Shown in pieces: positions 56,537 through 64,000 of a DNA stretch of 64,000 nucleotides (within the stretch, counting starts at the first letter, position 1; the number at the start of each line of letters is the position of its first letter). A program made the position numbers and the translations under genes. Source of the stretch: Oscillospiraceae bacterium (GTDB taxonomy: Bacteria > Bacillota > Clostridia > Saccharofermentanales > Saccharofermentanaceae). The DNA lies in assembly GCA_902802325.1 (NCBI GenBank), contig CADCLV010000003.1, forward strand, positions 68,026 to 132,025, given 5' to 3'. The notes beneath the pieces are model-generated. The model was not told the origin of the DNA. It saw only the letters and a program-made list of their open reading frames with translations, and ran no database searches.

Positions 56537-58384
56537 ATGGCACAGGGGAAACGGCCGAATAACGGAAAAGCGCAGAATCCGCGCCCGAATGGGAATCGGG
56601 GTGGACAAATGCCGGGTAACCGGAACCACTCTTCCGGTACGACCGGTGGTGCTCCTATGCGCGCCAGATCTTCAGAAAACCAAAGACCGGAAGGAATGAA
56701 AAAGACAAGACCGGAAAATACTCCGGCACAGCGTCCTTCTCCGGCCCGCCCGGCAGGCAATAATGCCGGAGCGAAAATGGTATCCCGTTCTCCCGTGAAT
56801 CCTTCCACGCAGCAGAATAGAGTGCAGTCTTCTGCACCGAAACAGGTGCGGGAAGACAGACCTCTTTTTGGTGATGAGACTTATGCCACAGCCAAACCTT
56901 CGGATGTGGTGACTCCGGAAATGCAGGCGGCAAGAGAAAAGGGCAAGAATACTTCCTGGTGGCAAAGAAAACGACTGGTCAGAAAGGCTGAAAAAGCGAG
57001 AAAGAAAGCAGAAGAGGCCCAGGCTGCCCAGAAGGCTTCGCAGGAAGTGCCGGAGGTGCTTGAAGAGACCCGTCCGGAAGTGGGCGAAGAGCGGCAGAGA
57101 CACATGTCGAAGTCCAGAAAACGCGAAGCACTGGCGATGTCCTTTAATGCGTTTATTTCTATTCTGATCCTGACTGCCGTCATGGTGATCTCCGTACTCT
57201 ATGTTGTCGATTATGTGGCTGCCAAGCCGACATATGCTTTTGCCACACAGGGAACTATCGAGCATACTATCGGCGCGACTGCGATCGTAGTTCGAAATGA
57301 GAAAGTCATGACTTCGAATTTTTCCGGTGCGCTTTTATCTCAGGCTACGGAAGGAAGCCGTGTTGCGAAAGATCAGCTTCTTGCCATGGTCATTCCGGAG
57401 GGAATGGAAGAGACACTGGCTGACCTGCATAATGTGGAACAGCAGATCGTGGACCGGGAAAGACAGCTGATGGCCCAGGGAAAAGGTTCCGGCGCAAAAG
57501 CGATCTTTGCCGAGACGAATGAACAGATCCAGCCGATCGTCACCATGATCCGCCAGGACGCGCTGCAAATGACTTTGAATAATATGAACAGCTATTCTTC
57601 TTCAATCCGTGTTCTGATGGAAAAGCGGGATGCGGATCTGAATGCGATCGACTTTGAAGATGAACAGCTTTCTTCACTTCGTTCCAGCGAACAGGCGCTG
57701 AAGAATCAGCTGGAGACGAGAGCCAGCTCCATCTATGCGTCCGAACCGGGTATTGTTTCTTATAAGCTGGACGGGCATGAAGAGGATATTCCGCTGACAC
57801 TTCTTCTGGATATGGTCGATACCAAGTGTGAGGAGCTGATCCGTTCCTGTAACGGAGTCATAACCAGTGATCTGAATGTTAAGCAGAATGAACCGGTACT
57901 GCGTATCGTGCAAAACGATGTCCAGTATTTCGCCTGTGAGATCAAGGGGGCTTCCATCAGTCAGTTTGGTCTGAACTCGCTTCATACGATCCGCATTCCA
58001 TCCGAAGGTGTGACGATCTCCGAATGCAAAGTCATCAGAAGTTCCGTTACCCGTGCCGGTATGCTGATCGTGTTTGAAACCAGTAATCAGGTTGAACGTC
58101 TTCTGGATCGCCGTACGGTGAATATCGAGATCGTGCAGACACAGGAAAGCGGAATTAAGATTCCTGTTTCCGCGCTGGTCGATGCGGATTATGACATGGG
58201 CGTGGCTACGATCTTCGTTAACGAAAGCGGCTATGCCAAGGGATATCCGGTACGGATCAAAGACTATGACCGTGAATATGCGATCGTAGCCCCGCTGGAA
58301 GAGAACGGAACGGTTCCGAGTATCAGTACGATCGTGATCACGAATCCGAAAACGGTCAAAGAAGGGGATAAGGTCGAGAAATAA
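56537..58384 (+). CDS. HlyD-family-like membrane protein with a roughly 190-aa disordered basic N-terminus
   Basis: Low-complexity N/P/R/G/Q-rich N-terminus, a TM helix (FISILILTAVMVISVLYVV), then coiled-coil and barrel-sandwich-like sequence. The family assignment is tentative. Confidence 0.55.
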   Translation: MAQGKRPNNGKAQNPRPNGNRGGQMPGNRNHSSGTTGGAPMRARSSENQRPEGMKKTRPENTPAQRPSPARPAGNNAGAKMVSRSPVNPSTQQNRVQSSAPKQVREDRPLFGDETYATAKPSDVVTPEMQAAREKGKNTSWWQRKRLVRKAEKARKKAEEAQAAQKASQEVPEVLEETRPEVGEERQRHMSKSRKREALAMSFNAFISILILTAVMVISVLYVVDYVAAKPTYAFATQGTIEHTIGATAIVVRNEKVMTSNFSGALLSQATEGSRVAKDQLLAMVIPEGMEETLADLHNVEQQIVDRERQLMAQGKGSGAKAIFAETNEQIQPIVTMIRQDALQMTLNNMNSYSSSIRVLMEKRDADLNAIDFEDEQLSSLRSSEQALKNQLETRASSIYASEPGIVSYKLDGHEEDIPLTLLLDMVDTKCEELIRSCNGVITSDLNVKQNEPVLRIVQNDVQYFACEIKGASISQFGLNSLHTIRIPSEGVTISECKVIRSSVTRAGMLIVFETSNQVERLLDRRTVNIEIVQTQESGIKIPVSALVDADYDMGVATIFVNESGYAKGYPVRIKDYDREYAIVAPLEENGTVPSISTIVITNPKTVKEGDKVEK

Positions 58385-59112
58385 TGCAGATGTACGATAA
58401 AAAACAAATGCTGGAAAATATAGAGAAGGTGAAGTCTTCGATCGAGGATGCGGCACGCGCCTGCGGAAGAGATCCGAAGGAAATCACCTTGATCGGTGTT
58501 TCAAAGTTTTTTCCTGCGGAATATGCCCGGCAGGCATTTGAATTAGGCCTTCATGACCTGGGCGAAAACCGTCCGGAAGAAATGCATGAGAAGAAAGGGA
58601 TCCTTGATGAGCAGGGGATCTCTCCCAGATGGCATCTGATCGGCACGATTCAAAGCAGAAAAGTCCGCCTGATCGTAGGTGAACCTTATCTGATCCATTC
58701 TGTGGACAGTCTTTCTCTGGCCAAAGAAATCTCGAAAAGATCAATTTCCAAAGAAGTTGTTTCCGATATTCTCTTTGAAGTAAATGTTTCCGGTGAAGAA
58801 AGCAAACATGGTTTTTCGAAAGAAGAACTGCTGACTTCTCTTCCTGAACTTCTCACGCTTCCGAATCTGCATCTTTGCGGCCTTATGACGATGGCTCCGA
58901 TCCAGCATAAGGAAGGAGAAGCAGAGGCTGTATTTGAAAAAGCGAGAGTGCTTTTCGAGGAGTGTAAAAAGGAAGGCGTGGATACAGATTTCTGGAAATC
59001 TCTTTCCATGGGAATGAGTGGAGACTATAAGGAAGCGATCCGTCAGGGTTCCACTCATGTACGTATTGGTACGGCGATTTTCGGAAAAAGAGATTACCCG
59101 GATCCGGTCTGA
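58384..59112 (+). CDS. yggS: YggS/YlmE family pyridoxal-phosphate homeostasis protein
   Basis: LIGVSKFFP, GENRPEE, WHLIGTIQSRK, LSMGMSGDY, VRIGTAIFG. Confidence 0.85.
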   Translation: MQMYDKKQMLENIEKVKSSIEDAARACGRDPKEITLIGVSKFFPAEYARQAFELGLHDLGENRPEEMHEKKGILDEQGISPRWHLIGTIQSRKVRLIVGEPYLIHSVDSLSLAKEISKRSISKEVVSDILFEVNVSGEESKHGFSKEELLTSLPELLTLPNLHLCGLMTMAPIQHKEGEAEAVFEKARVLFEECKKEGVDTDFWKSLSMGMSGDYKEAIRQGSTHVRIGTAIFGKRDYPDPV

Positions 59113-59301
59113 TTTTTCTCGCGCGAAACTGTCAGATTACACGAAATATTTCGAAAAAATTACACGGCGATATATCAAAGTTACATGTTATTTACTGATG
59201 CTCCAATTCTATTGCCAGTCGAAATCCAAAAATTTATACTGACCTCATAGTGAAATTCGCAAGTGCTTTTGAGCACTGTAGCAGTAAATTTGGAGGTAGT
59301 T

Positions 59302-59826
59302 ATGGCAGGTTTTTGGAATAATCTCGTAAACAAGATCGCAGGTGTTGACAGCAACGATTATTATGACGAGAATGATGAGGGAATGTACGAGGCTGAGGAT
59401 TACGGCTATGACAACGTAGACCAGATCCATGTTGATGACCAGAATTATTTCTCTCAGGAGCAGGAGGAGATTCCGGAAATGAATACACGTATTGTTCCGA
59501 TTAAGAGCGTTCAGGCTACAGATACTCAGGTTGTTATTCTTCAGCCGGACAGCATCCGTTCTTCTCAGCAGGTTTGTGATCATATCCGTGCAGGTCACAC
59601 TGTTATCTGCAACATCGAGAATGTTGAGCGCAACGTAGCTCAGCGTGTTATCGACTATATTTCCGGTGCTGCTTATTCTATCGACGGTAACGTTAAGCCG
59701 ATCGACCAGAACAGAAAGACTTTCGTAGTTGCACCGAGAACTGTTTCCCTGATGGACCGCGAAATGCTGGCTAAGCAGGAAGAGGCTCAGGCTCAGGCTA
59801 ACAACGGCTATCGTCAGGTACTCTGA
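59302..59826 (+). CDS. sepF: Cell division protein SepF
   Basis: MAGFWNNL..., and a C-terminal core VVILQPDSIRSSQQVCDHIRAGHTVICNIENV..AQRVIDYISGAAYSIDG. The ATG at 59302 follows GGAGG. Confidence 0.85.
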   Translation: MAGFWNNLVNKIAGVDSNDYYDENDEGMYEAEDYGYDNVDQIHVDDQNYFSQEQEEIPEMNTRIVPIKSVQATDTQVVILQPDSIRSSQQVCDHIRAGHTVICNIENVERNVAQRVIDYISGAAYSIDGNVKPIDQNRKTFVVAPRTVSLMDREMLAKQEEAQAQANNGYRQVL

Positions 59827-59840
59827 TTTATTCAATTCAA

Positions 59841-59885
59841 ATAGAAAAGGGCGGTTAAGTTCATCTTAACCGTCCTTTCTATTTA
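59841..59885 (+). terminator. Intrinsic terminator after sepF
   Basis: Long stem ATAGAAAAGGGCGGTTAAG / CTTAACCGTCCTTTCTAT followed by T-rich sequence. Confidence 0.75.
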
Positions 59886-59912
59886 TCGGAATCAGGAAGA
59901 ACATATAAAAAG

Positions 59913-59950
59913 AAGGACTGTTTCCTATTTTGGGAAGCAGTCCTTTTTTG
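59913..59950. terminator. Second, bidirectional hairpin terminator (serves glnS on the minus strand)
   Basis: AAGGACTGTTTCC pairs with GGAAGCAGTCCTT, with T6 on + and CTTTTT on -. Confidence 0.75.
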
Positions 59951-59974
59951 TTCGTTTGGAAAAAGAACTCAGGA

Positions 59975-61642
59975 TCAGTTGCCGGAAGGCTTATAACTGT
60001 CCTTCAAAGATACACTTCTGTTGAAGACGAGCTTACCATCCACAGAATCCTTCGTATCCATACAGAAGTAACCGATACGCAGGAACTGGAAGCGGTCGGC
60101 CGGCTTGGCCTCCTTCAGAGAGGCTTCGACTTTGGCGCCCTCCACAACGGTCAGGGAATCCGGATTAATGAAGTCCAGATAATTACAGTCAGCCAGATCC
60201 GGCGCTTCTACGGTAAAGAGACGGTCATAGAGACGTACGGTAGCATCCAGAGCGGTCTTGGTATCGACCCAGTGGATCGTAGCCTTAATTCGTCTTCCGT
60301 CGGCCGGATTTCCGCCACGGCTGGATTCTTCATATTCAGCATGGACTGCAGTGACATTGCCGTTCTCGTCCTTGTCACAGCCTGTGCATTTAATCACGTA
60401 AGCGGACTTCAGACGGACTTCGTTTCCGGGGAAGAGACGGAAATATTTCTTTTCCGGAATTTCCATAAAGTCATCTGCTTCGATCCAGAGTTCTCTGGAG
60501 AAGGAAACCTCGCGGGTACCATCTTCCGGACGCTCCGGATTGTTCTCGACGGTAAATGTTTCCGTTTTGTTTTCCGGATAATTATCGATGATGAGCTTGA
60601 CCGGATGAACGACACCCATGACACGCTTAGCGGTGGCATTCAGATCCTCTCTCAGACAGTATTCCAGGAAGGCGAAATCGACAACGGAATTCACTTTGGA
60701 GATACCGTTTCTTTCATGGAAATTATGGATCGCAGAAGGAGTATAGCCACGGCGGCGAAGTCCGCAGAGAGTAGGCATACGCGGATCGTCCCAGCCGTCT
60801 ACCACACCGGTCTCGACCATGTTGCGGAGCTTTCTCTTGGAAAGTACCGTATGCGTGATACCCAGACGGGAGAACTCGATCTGACGCGGTTTACAGGGCA
60901 CGGAACAGTTCTCGATGACCCAGTCATAAAGCGGTCTATGTGCTTCGAATTCCAGTGAGCAGAGGGAATGGGTGATACCTTCCAGTGCATCCTCGATCGG
61001 ATGGGCAAAGTCGTACATCGGGTAGATGCACCACTTGTCGCCGGTGTTATGGTGACGCATGTGATTGATTCTGTAGATCGCCGGGTCACGCATATTAAAG
61101 TTACCGGAAGCCAGATCGATCTTGGCACGAAGTGTCATCGCGCCATCCGGAAATTCACCAGCCTTCATACGGGCGAAAAGATCCAGACTCTCTTCGATCG
61201 GTCTGTCACGATAAGGGCTTGTGGCCGGATGAGTCAGGTCACCTCTGTGTTCCTTCATTTCTTCCGGAGTCAGCTGGCAGACATATGCCAGACCTTTCTT
61301 GATCAGCTCAACCGCGTAGTCATACATTTTGTCGAAATAAGATGAGGCGTAGAAGAAACGGTCGCCCCAGTCATGACCGAGCCACTTGATATCTTCCTTG
61401 ATCGCCTCGACGAATTCCTCGTCTTCCTTCGTCGGGTTGGTATCATCCATACGAAGATTGCAAAGACCGCCGTACTGCTCGGCCATACCGAAATCGATCT
61501 CCAGTGCTTTTGCATGACCGATATGCAGATAACCGTTCGGCTCCGGTGGGAAACGGGTATGGACTTTCGCGCCTTCCACACGTCCGCCCGGTCCGATATC
61601 TTTCTCAATGGCCTCATGAATAAAACTCTTATATTCGCTCAT
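59975..61642 (-). CDS. glnS: Glutamine--tRNA ligase
   Basis: RFPPEPNGYLHIGHAKA (HIGH motif), VLSKR (KMSKS motif) and a GlnRS-type C-terminal anticodon-binding domain. Confidence 0.9.
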   Translation of the reverse strand: MSEYKSFIHEAIEKDIGPGGRVEGAKVHTRFPPEPNGYLHIGHAKALEIDFGMAEQYGGLCNLRMDDTNPTKEDEEFVEAIKEDIKWLGHDWGDRFFYASSYFDKMYDYAVELIKKGLAYVCQLTPEEMKEHRGDLTHPATSPYRDRPIEESLDLFARMKAGEFPDGAMTLRAKIDLASGNFNMRDPAIYRINHMRHHNTGDKWCIYPMYDFAHPIEDALEGITHSLCSLEFEAHRPLYDWVIENCSVPCKPRQIEFSRLGITHTVLSKRKLRNMVETGVVDGWDDPRMPTLCGLRRRGYTPSAIHNFHERNGISKVNSVVDFAFLEYCLREDLNATAKRVMGVVHPVKLIIDNYPENKTETFTVENNPERPEDGTREVSFSRELWIEADDFMEIPEKKYFRLFPGNEVRLKSAYVIKCTGCDKDENGNVTAVHAEYEESSRGGNPADGRRIKATIHWVDTKTALDATVRLYDRLFTVEAPDLADCNYLDFINPDSLTVVEGAKVEASLKEAKPADRFQFLRIGYFCMDTKDSVDGKLVFNRSVSLKDSYKPSGN

Positions 61643-61720
61643 ATTGTTACTCTCACTTTCTTTACACGTCTTTGTGTATTACTTTTTCTTTGGGAAATGC
61701 ACTTGAGGCATTTCATTTGT

Positions 61721-63193
61721 TCAGGATAAAGCAGCTGAGAGTCGCTGTCGTCCGGATTCGATACGCTTCAAGGCTTCCTCTTTTCCGAGAAGGAGAAGGA
61801 CCTCGACAGCACCACCCGGGGTGACGGCCGTGCCGGAAGCGGCAATACGTACCGGCCACATGACCAGAGCGTTCTTCACGCCTAAGCCCTCGGCAAATCC
61901 GGTGAGGCATTCGGAAATGGATTCCTTATTCCACTCGATCGTTTCCAGGATCGGAAGGACTGCATTGAGCATTTCCAGAGAACTTTCCTTGGTCGTCTTG
62001 CTCTTCTTATGAACATAAAGCTCAAGGTCGTAATCAACCAGCTCCAAAAGGAAACCAAGCTTTTCGGAGATCTGCGGAAGTCTCGTGATACGGGGCTGCA
62101 TGATCTCGGTGAAAAGCGGATACAGATCAGGCGTGATCATAGGGAACTTGGCAAGCTCCGGTTTACTGAACTCAATAAACTCCTCCTGGCTCATCTTGCG
62201 GATGTATTCTCCGTTAAACCACTCCAGTTTGTCGTAATCGAAAACAGAAGGGGACTTACTGATGCCGCTGATATCAAATGCCTGGCACAGCTCCGGAAGA
62301 GAGAAGACTTCCTGATTGTCTTTCGGGCACCAGCCCAGAAGAGCAATGTAGTTGATGATCGCTTCGGGCAGGAATCCCGAAGCTACAAGATCCTCAAAAC
62401 CGGTGGAACCATGACGCTTAGAGAGCTTGCTTACCGTGCCGTCCGGGTTCTTTCCCTGGATCAGGGGAAGATGAACATATGTCGGGATCTCCCATCCGAA
62501 TGCCTCGTAGCAGAGGTTGTATTTCGGGGTAGAAGAAAGATACTCGGAACCACGGACTACATGAGAGATCTTCATGAGATGGTCATCAATGATGTTGGCG
62601 AAGTTGTAGGTCGGATACCCATCTGCCTTGAGAAGGATCTGGTCTTCCAGTTCCTTATTCTGCACAGTGATATCGCCATATACACAGTCATGGAAAGTGG
62701 TCTCGCCGGTAAGCGGCATTTTCTGACGGATTACGTACGGAATGCCGGCATCCAGGTTCTTCTTGATCTCTTCCTCGGAAAGATCACGGCAGTGACGGTC
62801 ATAACCGCCTTCCACGCCGCCTTCTTCGTGAAGAGAAGCCAGGCGCTCCTTACTGCAGAAGCAGTAGTAGGCATGACCTTTCTTGACCAGTTCCTCTGCG
62901 TAGGGCTTATAAAGATCCATACGCTCACTTTGTACGTAAGGACCGAATTCGCCTCCGATATCCGGGCCTTCGTCATGAACGAGGCCGGCTGTTTTCAGTG
63001 TCTTATAAATGATATCCACGGCGCCTTCCACATACCGTTCCTGGTCCGTGTCTTCGATGCGCAGTACGAATGTGCCGCCAAGAGATTTGGCGATCAGATA
63101 CTCGTAAAGAGCGGTACGAAGGTTCCCGACGTGCATAAAGCCCGTGGGACTCGGTGCGAAACGTGTGCGGATAGCCGGATTGGTAATAGGCAT
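61721..63193 (-). CDS. gltX: Glutamate--tRNA ligase
   Basis: RTRFAPSPTGFMHVGNLRTALY, KLSKRHG. Confidence 0.9.
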   Translation of the reverse strand: MPITNPAIRTRFAPSPTGFMHVGNLRTALYEYLIAKSLGGTFVLRIEDTDQERYVEGAVDIIYKTLKTAGLVHDEGPDIGGEFGPYVQSERMDLYKPYAEELVKKGHAYYCFCSKERLASLHEEGGVEGGYDRHCRDLSEEEIKKNLDAGIPYVIRQKMPLTGETTFHDCVYGDITVQNKELEDQILLKADGYPTYNFANIIDDHLMKISHVVRGSEYLSSTPKYNLCYEAFGWEIPTYVHLPLIQGKNPDGTVSKLSKRHGSTGFEDLVASGFLPEAIINYIALLGWCPKDNQEVFSLPELCQAFDISGISKSPSVFDYDKLEWFNGEYIRKMSQEEFIEFSKPELAKFPMITPDLYPLFTEIMQPRITRLPQISEKLGFLLELVDYDLELYVHKKSKTTKESSLEMLNAVLPILETIEWNKESISECLTGFAEGLGVKNALVMWPVRIAASGTAVTPGGAVEVLLLLGKEEALKRIESGRQRLSAALS

Positions 63194-63347
63194 AATGTTT
63201 ACCTCTTCCTCTAATTATTAACAACCTATTTTATCACATAATGAGTCGGGAAAAGCACTGCTTCGCAGTTTTTTATACAAAGTTACGGGTAAAAGTGTTA
63301 TCATATCAGAAGTAAAGAAGGATTCCGATGAAAGGAGACGACGGAAA

Positions 63348-64000
63348 ATGAGCACATTAAAGCGCGTCGAGAGCCGCTGTCCGTACCCGATCGAGTGTGG
63401 CCGGTCCATGGCTCATACGTCTCTTTTGGAGCTTTTGAAAACTCTTTCCCGGGAACACCCTGTGAAGGTGGCTATCGTGACAGATAAAGAAGTCTATGGC
63501 CTGCACCACATGAGTTTTATTTCGGAACTTGAAGCCAGGGGAATCCGGCCCACGGTCATTCAGATCGACGGAAGACAGTCTTCGAAGAATTTTGATGTGG
63601 TCACGGCTGTATTTGAAAGACTGATGGATATTTCCTTTTCACAGGATGATCTTCTGGTCGGCTGGGGCGGCGGAAGTATCCTGGATGTGACTGCTTTTGT
63701 GGCCAGTACTTTTTTAGGCGGACTGACGTATTGCCTGATCCCTACGACACTTCTGGGAATGCTTGAGTCATCCGAGGCGGATACCGCGTATCTTAACTAT
63801 ATGAGTCACAAAGACTGTGTCAGTGTCAGCTGTGCGCCGGTCTGCGTGATCATGGATGTGGAGTTCCTGTCGACGGTGCCGGAACAGTATATGAAAAACG
63901 GATATGCCCGTATTATTCTTTATGGCATGCTGGATCAGATCACGCTTTTGAACCGGCTTGTGTATAAATCGGATATGTTTATTACCATTGACGAGTGTTT
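63348..64000 (+). CDS. 3-dehydroquinate synthase family (AroB-like) protein, 5' part only (runs off the window end)
   Basis: My own translation from the ATG at 63348 (after AAGGAG) stays open to 64000. LLVGWGGGSILDVTAFVAS resembles the GGG..D nucleotide-binding loop of the DHQS/Fe-ADH superfamily. Confidence 0.5.
   Translation, partial: MSTLKRVESRCPYPIECGRSMAHTSLLELLKTLSREHPVKVAIVTDKEVYGLHHMSFISELEARGIRPTVIQIDGRQSSKNFDVVTAVFERLMDISFSQDDLLVGWGGGSILDVTAFVASTFLGGLTYCLIPTTLLGMLESSEADTAYLNYMSHKDCVSVSCAPVCVIMDVEFLSTVPEQYMKNGYARIILYGMLDQITLLNRLVYKSDMFITIDEC

Noticed and set aside
61643-61720. T-box or other leader upstream of glnS (and at 63194-63347 upstream of gltX)
   Set aside because: The spacers are only 78 and 154 nt, too short for a T-box. 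I saw no specifier-loop/T-box sequence or terminator-antiterminator pair. The GAAATGC/GCATTTC hairpin after gltX lacks a U-tract.

Overview
The window is a 64-kb chromosomal segment from a Firmicutes/Clostridia-type genome. It looks Lachnospiraceae-like: GGAGG ribosome-binding sites, about 50% GC, and the marker genes GlgD, the IreB-RuvX-DUF1292 cluster, YlmE-SepF, and both GlnRS and GluRS. It is mostly housekeeping and metabolic genes: an ABC-2-type transporter, hpt, an MsbA-like exporter, galM, azlCD, a Val-Asp-Phe tRNA operon, a Ca-type P-type ATPase, secG-rnr, mtaB, ireB-ruvX-DUF1292, a four-subunit 2-oxoacid:ferredoxin oxidoreductase, a glgB-C-D-A-GH13 glycogen operon, tRNA-Leu, a symporter-iorAB-ACT-YnbB cluster, ylmE-sepF, and glnS and gltX. 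I saw no transposase, integrase, prophage or CRISPR array. Three loci are worth a second look. (1) At 2266-2957 an orphan transcription unit of about 650 nt has a near-consensus promoter, a strong terminator, no credible ORF, and a perfect 9-bp helix joining its 5' and 3' ends. I read it as a large structured ncRNA in the OLE/ROOL/GOLLD size class, but I cannot assign it to a family from memory. (2) At 43582-46671 an AT-rich gene encodes an N-terminal cytoplasmic TIR domain, one transmembrane helix and a roughly 820-aa extracytoplasmic beta-propeller-like region. This is a receptor-like TIR protein beside a large sortase-anchored surface protein. (3) At 20739-24754 a CPBP intramembrane protease is translationally coupled to a 1053-aa membrane-anchored protein of unknown function. 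Smaller oddities are histone-like Lys-rich tails on GlgA and an ArsR regulator, a cytidylate-kinase-like/nuclease-like fusion, an HPr-like protein without His15, and a hairpin inside the tRNA operon. All calls come from reading the translations and sequence by eye; no searches were run.
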